10,889 bases of DNA from Octopus sinensis (GCF_006345805.1 NW_021827252.1:1-10889); one strand, 5' to 3'; shown: positions 1-7,511, numbered from the stretch's first letter. Program-made: numbers and translations. The notes: a model not told the origin generated them from the sequence alone.

Positions 1-50
1 TTCGGATTTGGTTTGCAAGATTCTTTATATGAGTTCGTGTGTTGAAGCAT

Positions 51-681
51 ATTCTGTTGTATCTGGGGAGAGTCATTTTCTTTTTGTACCTTATTATGTA
101 ACACACTCACCGGTAAAATTTCCACTTTTTTCTTATTTCTATTTTCCTAAAATTTTCGTTGCGTCTTGCAACCTTTTCAATAGTCTTAACTCAAGGCCAT
201 TGAAAAGGTTGCAAGACGCAACGAAAATTTTTTGGAAAATAAAAATTAGAAAAAAGTGGAAATTTTACCGGCGCAGGAGTGGCTGTGTGGTAAGTAGCTT
301 GCCAACCACATGGTTGCGGGTTCAGTCCCACTGCGTGAGTGGATTTGGTAGATGGAAACTGAAAGAAGCCCGTCGTATATATGTATGTATATATATATAT
401 ATGTGTGTGTATGTTTGTGTCTGTGTTTGCCCCCCTAGCATTGCTTGACCGATGCTGGTGTGTTTACGTCCCCGTCACTTAGCGGTTCGGCAAAAGAGAC
501 TGATAGAATAAGTACTGGACTTACAAAGAATAAGTCCCGGGGTCGATTTGCTCGACTAAAGGTGGTGCTCCAGCATGGCCGCAGTCAAATGACTGAAACA
601 AGTAAAAGAGTAAAAAGAGTAAAGAGTGTGTTAAATTATAAGGTACAAAAAGAAAATGCCTCTCCTCAGTCACCACAGAAT
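51..681. repeat. Long foldback inverted repeat (palindromic element), right arm interrupted by a SINE
   Basis: 110-181 is the reverse complement of 199-271 (3 substitutions + 1 indel), and the 17-nt centre can pair further around AACTC (188-192). 51-108 is the reverse complement of 624-681 (51/58, no gaps). SINE A lies between 271 and 624. Element class (MITE/foldback, Penelope-type inverted end, or local inverted duplication) cannot be determined from the window. Confidence 0.9.
270..626 (+). mobile_element. tRNA-derived SINE, family A copy 1 (internally deleted)
   Basis: Head GGCGCAGGAGTGGCTGTGTGG with A-box-like TGGCTGTGTGG (280-290) and B-box-like GGTTCAGTCC (319-328); internal (TA)n(TG)n; (AAGAGTA)n-type tail. 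Aligns along its length with 982-1415 (-) and 4313-4755 (+). Lacks 53 nt present in the other copies. Confidence 0.9.
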
Positions 682-981
682 CTCGATTTTAAATTTGTGA
701 AAAAGTTTGATCTTTGAATTACGTGACTGAATATTCGGTCTCGAAGTGATAAATATCGATATCCATCCATGAGAGAGATTTTAAAGAATTTGGCCCGGTC
801 AGATTAATCTTAAGCTTTAGGTCAGCATTGACATAAAGAAAAGCATATTACAGCACATCGTAGGCCGTGTGTGTCTCGTTTGTACTTTTGTCAGTGTTGT
901 CTTTGCACTTCGGAATGATGTCTTTTGCTATTTTGCTCTCCATTCAGGATGACATCAGACGCAATGAATGCGCGTGAATCA

Positions 982-1208
982 CTTTACTCTTTTACTCTTT
1001 TTACTTGTTTCAGTCATTTGACTGCGGCCATGCTGGAGCACCGCCTTTAGTCGAGCAACTCGACCCCGAGACTTATTCTTTTGTAAGCCCAGTACTTATT
1101 CTATCGGTCTCTTTTGCCGAACCGCTAAGTGACGGGGACGTAAACACACCAGCATCGGTTGTCAAGCAATGCTAGGGGGACAAACACAGACACACAAACA
1201 CACACAGG

Positions 1209-1244
<36 letters not shown>

Positions 1245-1415
1245 CATATATACGACGGGCTTCTTTCAGTTTCCGTCTACCAAATCCACTCACAAGGCTT
1301 TGGTCGGCCCGAGGCTATAGTAGAAGACACTTGCCGAAGGTTCCACGCAGTAGGACTGAACCCGGAACCATGTGGTCGGTAAGCAAGCTACTTACCACTC
1401 AGCCACTCCTGCGCC
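982..1415 (-). mobile_element. tRNA-derived SINE, family A copy 2 (full length)
   Basis: Reverse complement of family A: head ends at ...CACTCCTGCGCC (1415), tail TTTACTCTTTTACTC starts at ~982, internal (CA)n(TA)n. No clear target-site duplication. Confidence 0.92.
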
Positions 1416-1828
1416 TTTCTAGAAGGTCCCTCGTATTCTTCAGTAACAATAGCTCCAAGACGGATGATGACTCAAATACTCTTTTACTTGAAACTCCTGT
1501 CTTGCATGGACCATCTCTTCAAGCATATGAATCAATTCACACCACCATGAGTCTATGGCTTTTACTCACCAACAAACTGAAGCGGCAGAAATCGGAGCTC
1601 TTTATTAGGGGAAGACTTAAAAGTAACCCATTCTTGTAAAGTTTTTCCCTAAACTTTAAGAGTTGGCACGAATCGTTTCCCATCGCTGGTAATGTTAGCT
1701 CGAAAGAAAATCATTTGGAAAGAAGGGTTGAATTTTCTGATGTTCTGCAAAAATATCCAGATTAAACCACTTTTCCCATTTGTTACACGTTGTAAATAAT
1801 GTCCAAAAACTCACTTGATCTCAATACC

Positions 1829-2062
1829 TATTTCTTTATTACCCACAAGGGGCTAAACATAGAGGGGACAAACAAGGACAGACATAGGTATTAAGTCGAT
1901 TACATCGACCCCAGTTCGTAACTGGTACTTAATTTATCGACCCCGAAAGGATGAAAGACAAAGTCGACCTCGGCGGAATTTGAACTCACAACGTAACGGC
2001 AGCCGAAATACCGCTAAGCATTTTGCCCGACGTGCTAACGATTCTGCCAGCTCGCCGCCTTT
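1829..2062 (-). mobile_element. tRNA-derived SINE, family B (full length, with 10-bp TSD)
   Basis: Minus strand reads GGCGGCGAGCTGGCAGAATCGTTAG (A-box-like)...GAGTTCAAATTCC (B-box)...GGGGTCGATAAATTAAGTACCAG. Homologous to 3291-3421, 5833-5907 and 7941-8099. Flanked by the direct repeat TCTCAATACC at 1819-1828 and 2063-2072. Confidence 0.9.
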
Positions 2063-2297
2063 TCTCAATACCGATCTCAATACTTGATCTCAAGACCGTA
2101 GACCGTAACACTTCTCTTCGATTCCAACTGACTCGAACTTGCTACAAACTTCGTCTTCTTTCTTCTGTTAGTCGTTCATCACTCTTCCTCACTCATTCTT
2201 CATCTTGCACACTACTCATTTCTCATTGGCTTTTCTTCTCATTACTTACACACACAACTTTTTCAGTCGCAGTCATGCAGCCAACGCGACAACACCA

Positions 2298-2513
2298 TTT
2301 CCTTTCTTTCTTTCTTTCTTTCTTTCTTTTTCTTTCTTTCTTTCTTTCTTTCGTTTCTTTCTTTCTTTCTTTCTTACTTTCTCTTTCTTTCTTTCTTTCT
2401 TCTTTCTTTCTTTCTTTCTTCTCTTTCTTCTTTTCTTTCTTTCTTCTTCTTTCTTTCTTCTTTCTTTCTTTCTTTCTTTGGGATTTCTATCTGTCTTTCT
2501 CTTTCTCTATCAG

Positions 2514-2593
<80 letters not shown>

Positions 2594-2728
2594 CCAGATC
2601 CACTCTCTCTCTTTCTCTCTCTCTCTATCTACCTACCTACCTACTTACCTGCCTATCTATCCATCTACCTACTTACCTACCTACCTACCTACCTACCTAC
2701 CTACCTACCTACCTACCTACCTACCTAC

Positions 2729-2776
<48 letters not shown>
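2298..2776. repeat. Compound tetranucleotide microsatellite (CTTT)n-(CTAT)n-(CT)n-(CTAC)n-(CTAT)n
   Basis: Directly visible: CTTT ~2298-2479, CTAT ~2514-2593, CT ~2603-2625, CTAC ~2629-2729, CTAT to ~2776. Confidence 0.98.
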
Positions 2777-2777
<1 letters not shown>

Positions 2778-2838
2778 GTCTCTCTATGTGTATGGACATA
2801 TATCTACGAATATTTATATGAAAGTGATATTCATAAAT

Positions 2839-2865
2839 ATCATCATCATCATCGTCGTCGTCATC

Positions 2866-2897
<32 letters not shown>

Positions 2898-2912
2898 CAT
2901 CGCCGCCGTCAT
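2839..2912. repeat. (CAT/CGT)n trinucleotide microsatellite
   Basis: Directly visible. Confidence 0.97.
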
Positions 2913-3008
2913 GATGTACTCTCTACATACCAATATTAATTCAGCCCCGACCGCAACACTAATGAGTACGACGACAGACATTGGGAGAAATGCAATGCAA
3001 TTAAAGCT

Positions 3009-3047
3009 ACAACAACCACAACAGCAGCAGCGATAACAACAGCTGCT
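3009..3047. repeat. Short imperfect (CAA/CAG)n tract
   Basis: Directly visible. Confidence 0.85.
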
Positions 3048-3173
3048 GAGGAAACAATAATAAAAACACTGCACAGCTGATTCTGTTTCCTTGTCGTCAA
3101 TATTTGCTCTTCGTTATATTACGCAGGGAGTGGATGTGAGTGTAACGGTATGTTGCCTTCATTTGTAAAACAC

Positions 3174-3271
3174 CGGGCTTCTACGTCGTCGTTTCCACCT
3201 TCTAGAAATAGCAGCCAAACGGACCTGAAATCGCATCCGTATGTCTTTGAAGAAAATGGAAAGTGTGCATT
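3174..3271 (+). mobile_element. Degenerate fragment of an octopus interspersed repeat (retroposon-like)
   Basis: CTAGAAATAGCAGCCAAA...AAATCGCATCC matches, from memory only, a common octopus repeat that ends in ...GATCAGGGCTGACCTGGGGCTAAACAACAA. No second copy in the window to confirm. Confidence 0.35.
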
Positions 3272-3290
3272 GAATGCCATTGTTCGAGAA

Positions 3291-3421
3291 AGTGACGAGC
3301 TGGCAGAAACGTTAGCACACCGTTAGTCTGTCTTTACGTTCTGAGTTCGAATTCCGCCGAGGTCGACTTTGCCTTTCATCCTTTCGGGGTCGATAAATTA
3401 TGTACCAAGTGCGTACGGGGG
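3291..3421 (+). mobile_element. SINE family B, 5' half only (3' end missing)
   Basis: GACGAGCTGGCAGAAACGTTAGCAC head, B-box GAGTTCGAATTCC (3343-3355) and body GTCGACTTTGCCTTTCATCCTTTCGGGGTCGATAAATTA match the 1829-2062 copy. About 20 nt are deleted between the boxes. Confidence 0.88.
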
Positions 3422-3667
3422 ACGTAAATACACCAACATCGGTTGTCAAGGGATAGTGGGGGACAAATACAGACACACAAATAACATATATGCATACATG
3501 TATATACGACGGGCTTCTTTCAGTTTCCGTTTAGCAAATCCACTCACAAGGATTTGGTCGGTCCGAAGCTAAAGTAGAAGACACCTGCTCAAGGTGCCAC
3601 GCAGTGGGACTGAACTTGGAACCATGTGGTTTGGAAGCAAGCTTCTAACCACACAGTCACTCCTGCA
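3415..3667 (-). mobile_element. SINE family A copy 3, 5' half only (3' end missing)
   Basis: Aligns with the head-proximal part of copy 2 (~1133-1412), from GGGGACGTAAA to CACTCCTGCA. More diverged than the other A copies. Confidence 0.9.
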
Positions 3668-3808
3668 TTGTAGAAACATAACCAATTTATTGCACAAAAA
3701 TTTTAACAACAAAATCTTATGTGGACCCCCAAAGGTTATAAGGACCCTTACAAAGAACCACTGTCATAGAAAAGAAGCGTGGAAAAACATACCATTGGGA
3801 AGTGTATG

Positions 3809-4074
3809 ACGTCAACAGACCGTACGACACGTGTTTCTGCATGGTTACACTTCATCAACCACAGACACTAATTTTTTTTGCTCACAACCCATTAACTGTC
3901 GTTCTTATATTTAAATAGCAAATAAAACATTTTCTATAGCATGCCAAGATTTTTTACGTCAACGGCACGTGTTTCTGCATAGCTACGCTTCATCAAGTAC
4001 AGACACCGATGTTTTAGCTCATAACCCATTATCAACTGTCATTCTTATATTTGCTATTGTGTGCCAAGGTTTTT
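3809..4074. repeat. Diverged two-unit tandem duplication (~147 + ~119 bp)
   Basis: Units 3809-3955 and 3956-4074 share, in order, ACGTCAAC, CACGTGTTTCTGCAT, CTTCATCAA, ACAGACAC, AACCCATT, AACTGTC, TTCTTATATTT and TGCCAAG. Confidence 0.92.
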
Positions 4075-4312
4075 CAGTTACTGCGTCTCGAACTAATAAA
4101 TTCCAACTTAAAAGATATATATGCAGTTGAATAATTGTACATAAATGAGTAATTGATTATTCATTTCGGCACTGTAGCTTTTAAAACTTTAAATACACCT
4201 CATGGAACCCAACTACTATGATTCTGATCTCCCAGGTGTCTGAAGATCCCTGGTAGAGAACCGTTCTTTTATAAATTCCCCAGGGCTAATGGTCAATAAA
4301 ATAAGTTCCATA

Positions 4313-4474
4313 GATGCAGGAGTGACTGTGTGGTAAGTAGCTTGCTTACCAACCACATGGCTCCGGGTTCAGTCCCACTGCGTGGAACCTTGGGCAAGTG
4401 TCTTCTACTATAGCCTTGGGCGGACTAAAGCTTTGTGAGTGGATTTGGTAGACGGAAATTGAAAGAAGCCGTCG

Positions 4475-4506
<32 letters not shown>

Positions 4507-4755
4507 TATGTATATATATGTGTGTGTATATGTTGTGTGTGTCTGTGTTTGTTCCCCCAACATCGCTTGACAAATGATGCTGGTGTGTTTGCGTCCCCGT
4601 AACTTAGCGGTTTGTCAAAAGAGACCGATAGAATAAGTACTAGGCTTACAAAGAATAAGTCCTGGGGTCGATTTGCTCGACTAAAGGCGGTGCTCCAGCA
4701 TGGCCGCAGTCAAATGACTGAAACAAGTAAAAGAGTAAAGAGTAAAGAAAGAGTA
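4313..4755 (+). mobile_element. tRNA-derived SINE, family A copy 4 (full length)
   Basis: TGCAGGAGTGACTGTGTGG head, GGTTCAGTCCC B-box, CCTTGGGCAAGTGTCTT body, internal (TA)n(TG)n and AAGAGTA-repeat tail; aligns with copies 1 and 2. Confidence 0.92.
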
Positions 4756-4801
4756 GCTGATCTGGTTCACTATTTGCCCCACCCCCACCAAAAATTCATG
4801 A

Positions 4802-5045
4802 AGGCGCGGCCTCGGAGTTAGGATGTTGTACTGACGATCGCAAGATCTTGGTTTCGAAGCTCGGACCGAACAATGTGTTGTTTTCTGGAGTGAAACCCTC
4901 CATTTCACGTTACTGCGGTCAACTCAACCGAAATGAATGACCCTGCGACGGACCGGAGTCCCGTTTAGGAGGGACGGGGTCTCGGTCACTGAAACTCATT
5001 GGAAACTGAGTGATCACGTCTACGAATCCTGGGACTCGAGACAGT
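4802..5045 (+). mobile_element. tRNA-derived SINE, family C copy 1 (diverged)
   Basis: Aligns with 5932-6168 (AAGAT..GGTTTCGA, GTTGT.TTCT.GAG, CATTTCACGTT, CCTGCGACGGAC); B-box-like GGTTTCGAAGC at 4850-4860. The 3' boundary is approximate. Confidence 0.75.
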
Positions 5046-5060
5046 AATGTCCCGGGGTTG

Positions 5061-5357
5061 GTGATGACAATGATTATGATGACGATGATGATGATGAAGA
5101 AAGTTCTGATGATAACGACGGCGACAATGATGATGATGATGGTGACGTCGATTATGATGACGACGTCGACTTCGACAATGATGTTAATGATGATGATGGC
5201 GATGATGATAAGAATTATGTTGATCACGATGATGATAACAATAATGATGATGATGATGATGCTAACGACGACGATGATAATGATGCTAATAATGCTAATA
5301 ATAATGGTAATGGTGATGATGATGACGACGACGACGGCGAAGATGGCGCTGATGATA
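5061..5357. repeat. Imperfect (GAT/GAC/AAT)n trinucleotide array
   Basis: Directly visible. Confidence 0.97.
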
Positions 5358-5832
5358 AAATCCATGACCATTGACTAAATTTGAAATATCTCGTTTTTGG
5401 TACAGTGGATTGAAAAACTGTCACATTTCCTCCCACCTTTCGGTTTCCGCATGAGAAGTCATATTAAAACCCGACATTTTAAGATTCAAGATAACTGAAA
5501 AACAACCTGGATTTAGATTATATCTCTCCATTTTGTTTATTTTATTACCTAAATTTAACAAATATCAAGTTTGTACGGTGTGTTTATTTCTATCGCATCT
5601 GATAATTAAGTAGCTAATTAAAATTAAAGTTTTTGATCAATTTACATCATAACGCATCATTAATATTTTAAATGAAGTACAACTATTAGTTTAATTTTCC
5701 AAAATAATTGCAACATGAAAATTTTTTTAAAATATTTATCCGAAAATCCTCTCGATTCAGAGGGTTAAGATCCGGAGCATGAAACACATTTTCGTTTCAT
5801 TGGAAATCATTTATGATGGCCGTGGTTGGCTG

Positions 5833-5907
5833 GTGTCATTATGTTTTGAGTTCAACTCCCTCAAAGTCCTTTCTTCGTTTTGGGGGTCGATGAAAATAGC
5901 GACCGGT
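5833..5907 (+). mobile_element. Highly degenerate SINE family B fragment
   Basis: TGAGTTCAACTCC...GGGGGTCGATGAAAATAGCGACCGGT resembles the B-box-to-body region of the other B copies. Confidence 0.55.
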
Positions 5908-5931
5908 AAGGTGGCCTAGTAGACCAATAGA

Positions 5932-6168
5932 AGCATATGGCTTAATGAAAAACGTGTTGGGCTCATGATCATAAGATTGCGGTTTCGATTCCTGGATCGG
6001 GCGATGCGTTGTGTTCTTGAGCAAAACACTTCATTTCACGTTGATCCAGTCCACTCATCTGGCAAAAATGAGTTTTCCTGCGACGGACAAGCGTGGGAGA
6101 TTTATGCACCACCGAAACCGGAAAACCGGCCCTATGAGTCGATACGAGTCTATATGACTCGCGAATGA
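5932..6168 (+). mobile_element. tRNA-derived SINE, family C copy 2
   Basis: tRNA-like head with B-box GGTTTCGATTCC (5981-5992), body TTCTTGAGCAAAACACTTCATTTCACGTTG, CCTGCGACGGAC and GAAACCGGAAAACCGGCCCTATGAGTC; homologous to 4802-5045. Confidence 0.82.
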
Positions 6169-6326
6169 GCGTTATTCTATTATCCTGGGGAACCGATGAA
6201 CTATATAACAGCCATGCCATCTTTGTCCTTCTTCCTGTGCCATCAATCATATGTCATCTATTAAAATCGAAACGCTAAATATCTAATAAATAAAGTTGGA
6301 TTGTCACGGACGGAATATCATCGACA

Positions 6327-6368
6327 ATAGGTCTGCGTGATCAGGACTGATCTGGGGTTAAATAGCAA
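6327..6368 (+). mobile_element. Possible retroposon 3'-end fragment
   Basis: ATAGGTCTGCGTGATCAGGACTGATCTGGGGTTAAATAGCAA resembles, from memory only, the 3' end of a common octopus repeat, and it runs directly into a trinucleotide array as a retroposon tail would. Confidence 0.35.
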
Positions 6369-6369
6369 T

Positions 6370-6423
6370 GTCGTCATCGTCATCATCATCATTATCATCG
6401 TCGTCGTCGTCGTCATCATCATC

Positions 6424-6477
<54 letters not shown>

Positions 6478-6588
6478 GTCGTCATCATCATCATCATCAT
6501 CATCATCGTCGTCGTCGTCTCCGCCCTCCTCCTCCTCCTCCTCTCCTCCTCCTCCATCTCATCCTCATCATCATCATCATCATCATCA
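6370..6588. repeat. (CAT/CGT/CCT)n trinucleotide array
   Basis: Directly visible. Confidence 0.98.
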
Positions 6589-7018
6589 AAAACAAAAAAA
6601 CACACCGTGAACATGTATGAAAAAATACATACAGCTCGTGAATTACCATGTAGCCTTCAGACTTGGTACAAATCTTTAATTAAAAGAAATTAATTGTTCT
6701 ATTTTCACAATTAATTTCTCTATAGTCCTATTTTTTTGAAAAGCAAAATATACACAAATGTATTCTTTATTCTTCGAATGCTTGTATGAGACCCACTTCT
6801 CTCTCTTTCAATCATAAATTGGTTGATTCTCATACAATTGTATTCTTTGAATATCTTTCCAAAAGCACAATAGTTTTGTTCGTAATAACTTCAGCATTTA
6901 ATAATCTTTTCATTTTTTAAAAATGTTTGTATTTTATTTGCTATTTTTTTTATTGAACATGAATAACCTTTTATCTTTTTTAGTGTAATTTTTATATTGT
7001 TCCTCATCTTTTTATTCA

Positions 7019-7022
<4 letters not shown>

Positions 7023-7063
<41 letters not shown>

Positions 7064-7132
7064 TAATAATGATAATAATAATAATAATAATAATAACAAC
7101 AACAATAATAATGATCGTTATAATAATAATAG

Positions 7133-7163
<31 letters not shown>

Positions 7164-7227
7164 GATAACAACAACAATAATTATAATGATGATGATGATG
7201 ATTAATGATAATAATATAATAATGATG

Positions 7228-7281
<54 letters not shown>

Positions 7282-7301
7282 GTAATAATAATAGTAATAA
7301 T
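7023..7301. repeat. (AAT/GAT)n trinucleotide array
   Basis: Directly visible. Confidence 0.98.
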
Positions 7302-7367
7302 TTGAAATATCCAGACATGTTTTTGTGACTTTCTTGTGACGTTTGACTGTTTTCTTGTAATGTTTTC

Positions 7368-7387
7368 AAAAAAAAAAAAAAAAAAAA
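7368..7387. repeat. Poly(A) run, 20 nt
   Basis: Directly visible. Confidence 0.95.
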
Positions 7388-7469
7388 TTCCTTCATCGTA
7401 TTTTTTGATTTAAAAAAAAAAATTGCTTTTATCATTTTTCTAATATTGAATAATTTTGAAGTGAAGCGC

Positions 7470-7511
7470 GAAGCCGAGATGAGCCAGGATGAAGCCAAGA
7501 TGAAGCCGAAC
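7470..7511. repeat. Four degenerate 10-11-bp tandem units (GAAGCC.AGAT)
   Basis: GAAGCCGAGAT (7470-7480), GAGCCAGGAT (7481-7490), GAAGCCAAGAT (7491-7501), GAAGCCGAAC (7502-7511). Confidence 0.85.

Noticed and set aside
8-448. 146-aa ORF
   Set aside because: It runs through both palindrome arms and into SINE A and its microsatellite; non-ATG start and no recognisable domain.
445-717. Similar ORFs at 445-717 and 4612-4821 suggesting a duplicated gene
   Set aside because: The shared peptide is just the SINE A 3' region translated.
1169-1639. 156-aa ORF
   Set aside because: The first half is antisense SINE A with its (CA)n/(TA)n tract; the rest has no recognisable homology.
2126-2229. Minus-strand CCAAT (2225-2229) about 95 bp upstream of an Inr-like TCAGTT (2126-2131)
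   Set aside because: The motifs are short enough to occur by chance, and there is no TATA box or correctly spaced DPE.
2023-3074. 337-aa, 244-aa and 86-aa ORFs
   Set aside because: They are translations of stop-free tetra- and trinucleotide microsatellites.
5761-5768. AGGGTTAA, resembling a piggyBac-type terminus with TTAA
   Set aside because: No matching TTAACCCT left terminus or terminal inverted repeat was found nearby.
270-6168. A-box/B-box tRNA-like sequences as tRNA genes
   Set aside because: I could not fold a complete cloverleaf, and each continues into a SINE body; they are SINE heads.
7470-7511. CRISPR-like or iteron-like repeat array
   Set aside because: Short degenerate adjacent units without unique spacers, in clearly eukaryotic DNA.
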